From positions 1-40,283 of the IMG/VR virus record IMGVR_UViG_3300037518_000480: DNA of 40,283 nt; one strand, given 5' to 3'. The translations under genes and the position numbers were made by a program. Source of the stretch: a virus. Its lineage: Duplodnaviria; Caudoviricetes. Below, in pieces: positions 8,516 through 16,346 of the stretch (positions are counted from its first letter, which is position 1; each line of letters begins with the position of its first letter). The notes beneath the pieces were generated by a model that had not been told where the DNA came from, searched no databases, and was given only the letters and a program-made list of their open reading frames with translations.

Positions 8516-8666
8516 TGCTCCGCGGGGGAACCCGACCTCGTTGTCGGGAGTCCACGCGGGGTTTTAGCCCCGATTATTAGCAGGTAACAGAATCTCGTAA
8601 CATTACGGCTAATACGCGAGCGCTTGTGTGTCAGCGTTCGCGCATTATCCGATAATCAAAAGCACT

Positions 8667-8771
8667 ATGCCTGACGAAAAGGAACCGCAGGAGGGAACAC
8701 CAGAGGAGGTTTCAGATGAAACCGTCGCGGACTCCGCAGACGACGATGCTCCCGCAGAAGACGCAGTGTAA
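8667..8771 (+). CDS. 34-aa highly acidic peptide
   Basis: MPDEKEPQEGTPEEVSDETVADSADDDAPAEDAV; followed directly by a terminator. Confidence 0.55.
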   Translation: MPDEKEPQEGTPEEVSDETVADSADDDAPAEDAV

Positions 8772-8778
8772 CAAACAG

Positions 8779-8803
8779 CCCCGCACATTGGCGGGGTATG
8801 TTT
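8779..8803 (+). terminator. intrinsic terminator
   Basis: ccccgc-acattg-gcgggg-tatgttt. Confidence 0.6.
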
Positions 8804-8917
8804 GTACTACCAGTAACCGCTCGTAGTCGCGGGTCAACATAGTTGGCAGACAGGATTGGTGGAAATAATAGCTCTGTTATCCCCACCACTAACACTTATA
8901 CCATACTGGCATATACA

Positions 8918-9214
8918 ATGCAAGGACTTTCTGTTGAAAAAAGGGCGAGCGTGGCTCTACAGAGGGGCAAAGAACTCTTCGGGTGGAGCAATAAGCTCTA
9001 TAGGGATGTCATCTGTCTTGACCTTGGTAATGGTGTTTGCTACTGCAACAACGGCGAAACAAACAGCCACCGCCCCACTCTCAAGGTGCTGTATAGCAAT
9101 GAAAAGCCGAGGGGAATCTGTCTCTTTTTGGGTTGTATGAGGAGGGTTAGACAAAAACACAAATGCTATTGTTCTCTGCATTTCAAGCACACACGACAGA
9201 ATGTCTCCTCGTAG
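8918..9214 (+). CDS. Cys/His-rich hypothetical protein
   Basis: C-terminal CLFLGC...YCSLH resembles HNH-associated Zn-binding modules; start at ATG 8918 inferred. Confidence 0.5.
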   Translation: MQGLSVEKRASVALQRGKELFGWSNKLYRDVICLDLGNGVCYCNNGETNSHRPTLKVLYSNEKPRGICLFLGCMRRVRQKHKCYCSLHFKHTRQNVSS

Positions 9215-9222
9215 TTATCCCC

Positions 9223-9250
9223 TTGACAAATACACACCTAGGAATATATT
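9223..9250 (+). promoter_or_regulatory. sigma70-type promoter
   Basis: GTTATCCCC immediately followed by TTGACA-16 nt-TATATT; ATG at 9260. Confidence 0.6.
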
Positions 9251-9259
9251 CATATCTGT

Positions 9260-9406
9260 ATGAGCGACACCATAGAGAGATTGAAATGTCTTCGGTGCGG
9301 GTATGTGTGGTTTCCACGCTCTCTCCTAAAGCCGGGGACATGTGCCTATTGTCGCTCACCTTATTGGGATAAACCCAGAAAACATGAACGTGGAACCACT
9401 CGTTGA
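9260..9406 (+). CDS. 48-aa Zn-ribbon protein (absent from the ORF track)
   Basis: MSDTIERLKCLRCGYVWFPRSLLKPGTCAYCRSPYWDKPRK: CxxC...CxxC. Confidence 0.8.
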   Translation: MSDTIERLKCLRCGYVWFPRSLLKPGTCAYCRSPYWDKPRKHERGTTR

Positions 9407-9593
9407 TAAGAGAATCTTTGTGAACCTGCAAGAGGTGTTTGAGGAGGCGCGAGCCGTTGGTGACAGAAAAACGATGGATTCCGTGCTCTTTGAGTTGCGA
9501 AACTCTGGGTATGGTATGGAGGCAGAGTATCTTGAGTCCCTCATTCCTGACCCCGATGACCACCACAATGACGATTACCAAGTAGTGAAGTGA
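9384..9593 (+). CDS. acidic hypothetical protein
   Basis: ATG 9384 overlapping the Zn-ribbon gene end. Confidence 0.6.
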   Translation: MNVEPLVDKRIFVNLQEVFEEARAVGDRKTMDSVLFELRNSGYGMEAEYLESLIPDPDDHHNDDYQVVK

Positions 9594-9595
9594 CT

Positions 9596-9733
9596 ATGAA
9601 AGCAAAGACATTCTTGGCGTGTTGTGAGGCGGGACTAGCCCTTGCGGGGTTTGAGAATGGAGAATATCTGTGGCTCGGAACGTGCAAGCAATGGAATGAC
9701 GCGGAACGTATTGAGACAGGTAATAAAACCTAA
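9596..9733 (+). CDS. 45-aa hypothetical protein
   Basis: Fills the gap between neighbours exactly (2-nt spacers). Confidence 0.6.
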   Translation: MKAKTFLACCEAGLALAGFENGEYLWLGTCKQWNDAERIETGNKT

Positions 9734-9735
9734 CC

Positions 9736-10020
9736 ATGAAAGTAACACTACGCATACCCACCGCAGAGCAGTACGCCTTCGTTGAAGTTGAAATGGAGCT
9801 TCGTGGAGTAGACGATGCAAAGGATGTCCGGGTTCTCTACGACGAATTCACTGCCCTTTTCAAGGACTCGGGCGGTCTCAACCAGATGGAGTGGGCGCGA
9901 GTCAAAGACGGGTACATATGGACGAAGACCATCACACCGGAGGACTACGAAGCGCTGTCGTCGTACCAAAAGTCGGTTATCAACGAGATTAAAAACGCAT
10001 TTAGAAATAACAACAAATAA
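9736..10020 (+). CDS. hypothetical protein
   Basis: Tight operon packing; RIPTAEQYAFVEVE N-terminus. Confidence 0.7.
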   Translation: MKVTLRIPTAEQYAFVEVEMELRGVDDAKDVRVLYDEFTALFKDSGGLNQMEWARVKDGYIWTKTITPEDYEALSSYQKSVINEIKNAFRNNNK

Positions 10021-10022
10021 CC

Positions 10023-10442
10023 ATGAAAGTACAAAAAAAGGTGAGTGTTACTGGAGATTTTGCCAAGGTAAATGAGGACATCAGGGACGGCGACATTATT
10101 ACCATTAACGACGGTGGAACGATAATTCCCGGGGAGTGGGGCGAGCGAGCGGCGTTCAAGGTTCAGACCCGCAATGGTGAGAAGGTGCTCTCATTCAACC
10201 AGACCTCAATGAACAACCTCATTGACGGATATGGAGACGAAACAGGGCAATGGGTTGGAAAGAGCGCGGGGGTGTTTGTGGTGAAGCAGATGGTGGGCGA
10301 CAAACTGCGGAACGTGTGCTACCTCGCGCCAGAGGGTTGGACAATGAACGAAGAGGGTAAGTTTGCGCCGGGGATTGGCGGTAAGAGTATTGAATATCCT
10401 GATGGTGACGGCATTAACCCCGATGACATTCCATTTAACTAA
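10023..10442 (+). CDS. probable single-stranded DNA-binding protein
   Basis: Beta-rich body with SSB-type acidic tail INPDDIPFN; next to RusA. Confidence 0.65.
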   Translation: MKVQKKVSVTGDFAKVNEDIRDGDIITINDGGTIIPGEWGERAAFKVQTRNGEKVLSFNQTSMNNLIDGYGDETGQWVGKSAGVFVVKQMVGDKLRNVCYLAPEGWTMNEEGKFAPGIGGKSIEYPDGDGINPDDIPFN

Positions 10443-10463
10443 TAACTGGGTTACTATGGAGAA

Positions 10464-10832
10464 GTGAACACACGTCTTACACTCAAAGGGGACGTTCCCA
10501 GCAAGAAAAACAGCAAGCGGGTGTTCTGTAGGGGCGGTAGACCAGTGGTATTGCCGAGTGAGGCGTATGTGGCATGGCACGAAGAGCAGTTATATGCCCT
10601 CCCAAAGACCAAAAATGCCCCGCTTGGGTGTTTTACAAGCATTGTGTGTACCTTTTACCCTAGAACGAAGAGAAAGGCGGATTTGAGCAATAAGTTTGAG
10701 AGTGTTGCCGACCTCTTGGTGGACGCTTTGATACTTGAGGATGACAACTGGTTTATTCTCGGAGAGGTGGTGTTGCGGTTTGGCGGGGTGGACACAAAGA
10801 ATCCGCGGGTTGAGATTGTTATTGAGTCGTAG
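10464..10832 (+). CDS. rusA: RusA-family Holliday junction resolvase
   Basis: PSKKN, DLSNKFESVADLL, EDD, PRVEI motifs. Confidence 0.85.
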   Translation: MNTRLTLKGDVPSKKNSKRVFCRGGRPVVLPSEAYVAWHEEQLYALPKTKNAPLGCFTSIVCTFYPRTKRKADLSNKFESVADLLVDALILEDDNWFILGEVVLRFGGVDTKNPRVEIVIES

Positions 10833-10851
10833 CGTTATGAATAGGTATCCC

Positions 10852-10880
10852 TTGACAACCTAATCACAAAGGTATATACT
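10852..10880 (+). promoter_or_regulatory. sigma70 promoter, leaderless transcript
   Basis: TTGACA-17 nt-TATACT; ATG 6 nt downstream. Confidence 0.75.
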
Positions 10881-10886
10881 TACCTT

Positions 10887-11528
10887 ATGAAAACATTAGA
10901 ACTGTTTAGTGGAACGAAGTCATTTAGTAAAGTCGCAAAGGAGTGGGGATTTGAAACCCTTACTTTTGATAACGAGGTTCACCTTGAACCTGATCGAGTG
11001 GTAGATATAATGGTCGTAAATACACTTCCGAAGTGTGATGTGTTGTGGGCCTCACCACCCTGCACTACTTTCTCGGTTGCTTCTATCTCTCATTACTGGG
11101 TTGCCGGAAAGCCAAAGAATGAGAAAACCTTACACGGTATTGCTATGCTTGAACAGACAATCAAGCTGATAAAAAAAACAAAACCGAAGTATTGGTTTAT
11201 TGAAAATCCAAGAGGAATGATGAGAAAAGTGATTGACGAGTTATTTGCAAAGCACGGCATTAAAAACTATAAGCGGAACACAGTATCATATTGTCAGTAT
11301 GGCTCAAAAATAATGAAGCCAACCGATATATGGACTAACTCCCCGTGGGTTTCAAAACCTATATGTAAGCCGGGTGCTTCTTGTCATTTACGAGCAGGTA
11401 CAGGATCGAAGTCGGGAGTGCAAGGTATCTACTCTTTGGACTGGGAAAAAGGCAGAGAAAATACGGCTACGGCTAGGGGTGTAATACCGCCATCATTATT
11501 CGTTGAGATTTTTAATCAAATTGTATGA
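10887..11528 (+). CDS. short phage-type C5 cytosine DNA methyltransferase
   Basis: LELFSG (motif I), ASPPC (IV), IENP (VI). Confidence 0.85.
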   Translation: MKTLELFSGTKSFSKVAKEWGFETLTFDNEVHLEPDRVVDIMVVNTLPKCDVLWASPPCTTFSVASISHYWVAGKPKNEKTLHGIAMLEQTIKLIKKTKPKYWFIENPRGMMRKVIDELFAKHGIKNYKRNTVSYCQYGSKIMKPTDIWTNSPWVSKPICKPGASCHLRAGTGSKSGVQGIYSLDWEKGRENTATARGVIPPSLFVEIFNQIV

Positions 11529-11788
11529 CAAAAGAAGAAACGAAAGCCGCCATTGCCTCGGCTTATGACTACTTGCGACAAGCTCAGTCAGCAAGTGGTA
11601 TCACGTCGGACAAAGTCACTAGCTTTAGAGTTGAGGAAGCGGGAAAAGATGACGATGGAACATTCAGAATCACTCTAAGTTATGAAGTGATTGGAGATTT
11701 TCCTTTTGATAGGAAAAAAGAGTTCAAGGATTTTGTACTTAGTTCCGACGGTACTACTGTAATCTCAATGAAGATACGGACGATTTAG
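11525..11788 (+). CDS. small protein of the type found upstream of PIN genes (antitoxin-like)
   Basis: RVEE...ITLSY...EFK...VISMKIR; ATGA-coupled to the MTase. Confidence 0.6.
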   Translation: MTKEETKAAIASAYDYLRQAQSASGITSDKVTSFRVEEAGKDDDGTFRITLSYEVIGDFPFDRKKEFKDFVLSSDGTTVISMKIRTI

Positions 11789-11797
11789 ACGGCTCAC

Positions 11798-12217
11798 ATG
11801 TACTCTCTTTCGGATATAGACAAGTATGTTCTTCGGTATCAGCCGAAAGGGATAATAGTAGATACGAATCCGTTAATGCTTTTGATGGTCGGCTACTTTA
11901 ACCCTGCCCGTATCCAAACCTGCAAGACCACTAGTATGTTCTGTGAGAAAGATTTTGACGTACTCAAGGACATAGTTACTCGCTTCAAGAAGATAATAGT
12001 TACCCCGTATATTCTTGCAGAACTATCTAATCATTCCATGAAATCATGGGGTCGTGAGAGCAGAGACTTGTATGCCTACTTTCAGAAAATGATTAGTTTT
12101 ATGGAATCAGCAGAGGAAAGTAACCACTCACTTAAAAATCTCTTAAACAAAGAGGTGGAAAAGCGAGGTTGCTTATCGTTCCCGACAACAAAGCAAAGAC
12201 ACACGGAGATTTTCTAA
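11798..12217 (+). CDS. PIN-domain protein, probably C-terminally truncated
   Basis: IIVDTN and TPYILAELSN motifs; later acidic motifs not evident. Confidence 0.7.
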   Translation: MYSLSDIDKYVLRYQPKGIIVDTNPLMLLMVGYFNPARIQTCKTTSMFCEKDFDVLKDIVTRFKKIIVTPYILAELSNHSMKSWGRESRDLYAYFQKMISFMESAEESNHSLKNLLNKEVEKRGCLSFPTTKQRHTEIF

Positions 12218-12656
12218 ACGAAATGATAGACCCACAAGGCACTAGATTATTGACCGACAAAACAAATCGCCTAGACAAAGTAGCGATAGGTTTCAATTTG
12301 ATTGAGGAAAAAAAATGCTCCTGTTCGCGAAGTCGGTTTTTTCGGGATGCTCCGGTGATATGCCCCCGAAGCTCTAAAATGTCCCGTGGTGAAGTTTTGT
12401 AGCAGTTTTGGTGGGTATAATCGTGTCAGGGAGCGCATAAGCTCTGAAGCGCGATTTTGGAGGTTGTGGCGCGAGTGTTGGTGTAGTCCGTGCTTCGGTC
12501 CGGTATATGTATGAATGACAAGGTGCGAGGCACTGCCCTATATGTATTATGGCGTATGGCGCGGGTGTGTCTATTGCCGATAATGGGGATAGCTATTTAC
12601 ATTATTTTATATTTATTTTATATTGTTTATTTTTGAAAGTTATTCACTCATTTCCA

Positions 12657-12685
12657 TTGACAGGCAATATACGGCTCTGTATACT
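12657..12685 (+). promoter_or_regulatory. strong sigma70 promoter heading the G-skewed island
   Basis: AT-rich tract 12595-12640, GTTATTCAC, TTGACA-17 nt-TATACT. Confidence 0.75.
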
Positions 12686-12720
12686 GGTTATATTACTAGA
12701 TAAGATAGCTAAAAAAAGCT

Positions 12721-13023
12721 ATGAAACTAACAGTACGGGACAATGGAGCGATACTAGAAGCCGTGGGACAAGAAGAGAGTAGAGCGCTGTTTGAGTTTTA
12801 TGTCAATGTTCCGAAAGGGGAGCATAGGCGCGGTAGGCACGGAGGCGAGTATATACAGCTTATCGTGAAAAAGATAGGCGAGCTAGAATCGGGCGAAAGT
12901 ATGTTTATCTCGAGAGCGGAATATCCCTTGAAGTCACATCCGTCCTCAGTGCTTGCGTACTACTACCCTCGTCAACTCAATGCAAAAAGTGTGCACGGCG
13001 GTTGGGAGATTACGAAGCAATAG
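12721..13023 (+). CDS. hypothetical, possibly DNA-binding protein
   Basis: RRGR basic patch then LESGESMF...GWEITK, resembling small phage DNA-binding proteins. Confidence 0.55.
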   Translation: MKLTVRDNGAILEAVGQEESRALFEFYVNVPKGEHRRGRHGGEYIQLIVKKIGELESGESMFISRAEYPLKSHPSSVLAYYYPRQLNAKSVHGGWEITKQ

Positions 13024-13123
13024 TTTGTGTTTGGCGAGCAGGGCAAGTGTTCCATTCATTTTCTTGCTCTGTTCGGTGGACGTAAAAAGATTATTAGTGT
13101 GTGTTATATAACACAAAAAAGAT

Positions 13124-13354
13124 ATGAGACCAGCAGAAAAGAACGGAAACATTGCGGTAACTATCGGGAGATTTGGCACAGTGCCAGAAGAAGTTATTGT
13201 GCCGAAAGATAGTACCGTGGCAGACGCGCTTGAGGAGGCGGGTGTGGAATGGGAGGGTGATGTATTCGTCAATGGTATTCGTGCAGGACGTAGAGACCTG
13301 TTAGACAACGGCGACACCATCAACATTGTAGCACGGAAAGAGGCAGGGCTATAA
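13124..13354 (+). CDS. ubiquitin-like beta-grasp protein (ThiS/MoaD superfamily)
   Basis: 76 aa; STVADAL, VFVNG, LDNGDTINIV, C-terminus KEAG-L. Confidence 0.85.
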   Translation: MRPAEKNGNIAVTIGRFGTVPEEVIVPKDSTVADALEEAGVEWEGDVFVNGIRAGRRDLLDNGDTINIVARKEAGL

Positions 13355-13359
13355 GTAAC

Positions 13360-13407
13360 AAGAATTATGGAGGGGCACACGTCCAGTCCCTCTCATAATT
13401 CTTATTT
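13360..13407 (+). terminator. hairpin/partial terminator between Ubl and E2-like genes
   Basis: aagaattatggagggg...ccctctcataattctt-attt. Confidence 0.6.
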
Positions 13408-13415
13408 GAAAAATT

Positions 13416-14321
13416 ATGATGAAAAAAAATAAATCGCGTGATGAATGGATAAAAAAGTCCGTACAGTGCTTTCAGGAGCATTTGCTATTGGACGATTTTA
13501 GTGATGCTACGCGAAAAATTTTTGGTAAAATGGTGCTAAGTAATGGTAATAGTGGTGAGTTATCGGTGGCTGGTTTTGCGGGTGTCGTAGAAAGTCCTAA
13601 TAGAGTATATATTTTGCAAGATGAAATTTGTGGTGCTGTCCCTCATTTGGTGTCTATTGAGCCGTTTATTTATTCTTACTATGTTTCCACGGGGGATTGT
13701 ATTTTGGCATCGGACCAGTTCATAGAGTCGGATGATCCTCTGGTGAAGCGCTCGGTGTTCCCCGACTTGAGATGTCAGCAATTGCGCGAAAAAGCGGAAG
13801 AGTTTAAGCGGGGTGAAGTATACAAGGAAATACAGGAGCAAATGAAGTCCTCCGTAGACAAAGACAACCCTCAAAAAAAAGTGGAGGCATTCACGGAGTA
13901 TTTGGATAGTGGTTTGAACCGTCTTGATGGTATTGACATTGTAGAAAAGACGAAAATGGAAAGAGGGATTTTGGTAGTAGACACAAAAGAGCTTTACTCG
14001 CAATTTTTGGGGCGTACTATCGGCGCATATAGATTACGGATACCGTCAATACAATTCAATCAACATTTATGCGTGTACGCAAAAAATCTCAATGCAGAGA
14101 AGCTTAATCGCTCTTTTTACGCGGCGGCTACAAAGAATGGCAAGTTATGTTTTGGTGAGTACGTGTTCGATATGGAGGCGCTTGTACACAGGGGCGACAT
14201 TTGTGGGTTGGTGCTTGCGCTCATTATTTTTTTGCAGACAGCAGGGGATAACGGTGCATACGAAAGTGGTACATATTGGAGTAAGGAGCTGGATTATCAT
14301 TACAAAGGAATATCACTATGA
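13416..14321 (+). CDS. putative prokaryotic E2/UBC-like conjugating enzyme with N-terminal extension
   Basis: C-terminal IGAYRLRI...NGKLC245FG...LALIIFLQT matches the G-x-x-C-x-G plus helix pattern of prokaryotic E2s; canonical HP motif absent; lies between Ubl and JAB. Confidence 0.6.
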   Translation: MMKKNKSRDEWIKKSVQCFQEHLLLDDFSDATRKIFGKMVLSNGNSGELSVAGFAGVVESPNRVYILQDEICGAVPHLVSIEPFIYSYYVSTGDCILASDQFIESDDPLVKRSVFPDLRCQQLREKAEEFKRGEVYKEIQEQMKSSVDKDNPQKKVEAFTEYLDSGLNRLDGIDIVEKTKMERGILVVDTKELYSQFLGRTIGAYRLRIPSIQFNQHLCVYAKNLNAEKLNRSFYAAATKNGKLCFGEYVFDMEALVHRGDICGLVLALIIFLQTAGDNGAYESGTYWSKELDYHYKGISL

Positions 14322-15142
14322 AAATAAAACTAACAAAAAACGCTACGATGAAGCTCCGTACCTATGTGAAATACGCGGACGGTGAGGTCAGTGGGCTCGG
14401 TACGGTTGATGTGGCGGGCGGGGATTTTATGGTGGATGATGTTTGTATCTTTGAGCAGACGGCAAGCGCGGTGCATACGGAGCTATCGCAGGCCGCGCTG
14501 GCGAAGTTTATGCACGAAAAAATGAAAGCGGGTGAGGATGTGTCGCGGTATATGCTGTGGTGGCATAGCCACGGCGATATGGATGTTTTTTACTCGTCTA
14601 CGGATACCGGAACGCTTGATGGGCAGGAGGGAAGTACTCCGTGGCTCTTGTCGCTTATCACAAACAAGCAGGGCGAGTATGTAGGACGGCTTGATGTATA
14701 CGAGCCAGTGCATATCTATATCGATGTATCCGTGAGCGAGGAAAAATTATACGAGGATGTACCAGCGTGCAAAATAGAGATTGAAAAGATGTTGCATCGT
14801 AGAGTAGACCAGTATGGCTCCGGCAAAGGGTACAATACGGGTAAAAGACAGCTAGGGTTATATCCGGGGATGAAGAGTAGTAGGGATTATGTGAAATACA
14901 CGTCTTTTGAAAAGCACGGGGCGTCTCTTAATGATTACCCGTCTATTCGGTGGAGCGAGGAAACGGAGGAGTGGCACGACGAAACGCTTGGAATGTCTTG
15001 CGAGAAGTATACAACGCTAGTGAGTGTTCATAAGAATCCGAAAGTGTTGGAGTGGGATAAGGAGCATCAGCTTTTTTGTCATAAGGACACGGGTGAGTGG
15101 GTATATCCTTTAGGGAAAAAATATAACTATGCTGGACACTAG
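14318..15142 (+). CDS. JAB/MPN+ metalloisopeptidase
   Basis: E23...WWH83SH85GDMDVFYS93STD96 = E-Xn-HxH-x7-S-x2-D. Confidence 0.9.
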   Translation: MKIKLTKNATMKLRTYVKYADGEVSGLGTVDVAGGDFMVDDVCIFEQTASAVHTELSQAALAKFMHEKMKAGEDVSRYMLWWHSHGDMDVFYSSTDTGTLDGQEGSTPWLLSLITNKQGEYVGRLDVYEPVHIYIDVSVSEEKLYEDVPACKIEIEKMLHRRVDQYGSGKGYNTGKRQLGLYPGMKSSRDYVKYTSFEKHGASLNDYPSIRWSEETEEWHDETLGMSCEKYTTLVSVHKNPKVLEWDKEHQLFCHKDTGEWVYPLGKKYNYAGH

Positions 15143-15761
15143 GCGACATCGGGATATTTTTGACGCGGATAGAATGCTCCCGCCCATTGTTATTATCGGG
15201 TGCGGGAGTGTAGGAAGCAATGCGGCGGTCTCCTTGGCGCGGCTCGGTTTCAAGCACTTCGTTCTCTACGATGATGACCGAGTAGAAGCACACAATATCA
15301 CCAGTCAGGCGTACAGTGCGGAGGATATAGGTGCGTATAAGGTGGACGCGCTACGGGATATACTCACGGCTATAAATGAGGACACGGGAATATACCCGAA
15401 ACGCGAGCGCGTGTCTGCCTCCAACCGTCCCGATGTCGGGCAGGGAGTAGTCATCGTTGCGGTTGATACTATGGCGGTCCGGCGAGAAATTGCCCCGCTT
15501 CTTATCGGATGTTCCGCTATTGTGGATGGCAGAACTGGTGGCGGACAAGTAGAGGTGCATACACATAAAAGTATCAAAGAATATACCGGGTCCTTGCCCG
15601 AAAAGGTATCGGATGACCCCTGTACTGCGAGATTTACTCCATACACTGCGGCAATAGCTGGAGCTCTCATAACGAATCAAGTAAAACGGCTACTGCGTGG
15701 TGAGAGTGTATATAGGGATATAGTATTCCACATTGACACACTAGAGCTCCTAAAGAACTGA
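15129..15761 (+). CDS. ThiF/MoeB/E1-family adenylyltransferase
   Basis: IIGCGSVGS, DDDRVEAHN, KVDAL, AVD..AVR, DGR, candidate catalytic Cys165 (DPCTAR); no CxxC Zn pairs. Confidence 0.92.
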   Translation: MLDTRRHRDIFDADRMLPPIVIIGCGSVGSNAAVSLARLGFKHFVLYDDDRVEAHNITSQAYSAEDIGAYKVDALRDILTAINEDTGIYPKRERVSASNRPDVGQGVVIVAVDTMAVRREIAPLLIGCSAIVDGRTGGGQVEVHTHKSIKEYTGSLPEKVSDDPCTARFTPYTAAIAGALITNQVKRLLRGESVYRDIVFHIDTLELLKN

Positions 15762-15767
15762 CAGCAC

Positions 15768-15799
15768 TTGACAAGTATACAGATAAGAATATACTTGTC
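15768..15799 (+). promoter_or_regulatory. promoter overlapped by a 10-bp inverted repeat
   Basis: TTGACA-16 nt-TATACT; gacaagtata/tatacttgtc. Confidence 0.65.
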
Positions 15800-15833
15800 G
15801 GTATAGGTACGATTATCAGCTAAAGTAGAGCGT

Positions 15834-16145
15834 ATGAGGAAATATATACTGATTACCGCCTATATAATGATTATTGCGGCGATTATAGCGGTTTTCTACA
15901 AACCGAGTCGCGGGGTTGAGACAAAACTAACGTCTGTTACCGAAGAACTTAATGCGTGTATTGAGGCTTTTGGTGATGACATTGCGCCATACGAACGAAT
16001 ACCGCTCATTGAGACTGTAGACCAAGCTGTTATGTTTTTAGAGGGATATAAGGATGCGCTCCGGAGAAAACTTGCGTGTCAAGATGCTCTTTTTGAGGGG
16101 AAGTACGTATATACAACTCTTGAGGAACTTCTGTTCACGAAATAG
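15834..16145 (+). CDS. membrane-anchored hypothetical protein
   Basis: N-terminal hydrophobic helix, helical remainder. Confidence 0.7.
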   Translation: MRKYILITAYIMIIAAIIAVFYKPSRGVETKLTSVTEELNACIEAFGDDIAPYERIPLIETVDQAVMFLEGYKDALRRKLACQDALFEGKYVYTTLEELLFTK

Positions 16146-16175
16146 AACTCTGTGTTATTAAGAACAATTATTCGT

Positions 16176-16295
16176 ATGAAGAACTTTATAGGGTGGCTAT
16201 GTATTGTCGCTGTCTTTGCTTTTTTGGCGTATGCCTTTTTGTATTGTGCGTTTTCCGGTGTGTTAGGTTATGCCGCGTGTAACGGCGCTTTTTAG
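16176..16295 (+). CDS. 39-aa membrane peptide
   Basis: MKNFIGWLCIVAVFAFLAYAFLYCAFSGVLGYAACNGAF. Confidence 0.5.
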   Translation: MKNFIGWLCIVAVFAFLAYAFLYCAFSGVLGYAACNGAF

Positions 16296-16346
16296 TGGGA
16301 CCTGCCCGACTACATTCAGGCGGGGATGTGCTAGAATGTATCTACT

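Noticed and set aside
13124-15761. Thiamine/molybdopterin biosynthesis (thiS-thiF, moaD-moeB)
   Set aside because: No ThiG, MoaE, rhodanese or desulfurase; the E1 lacks CxxC Zn sites; JAB and E2-like genes are interposed. Considered less likely, not excluded.
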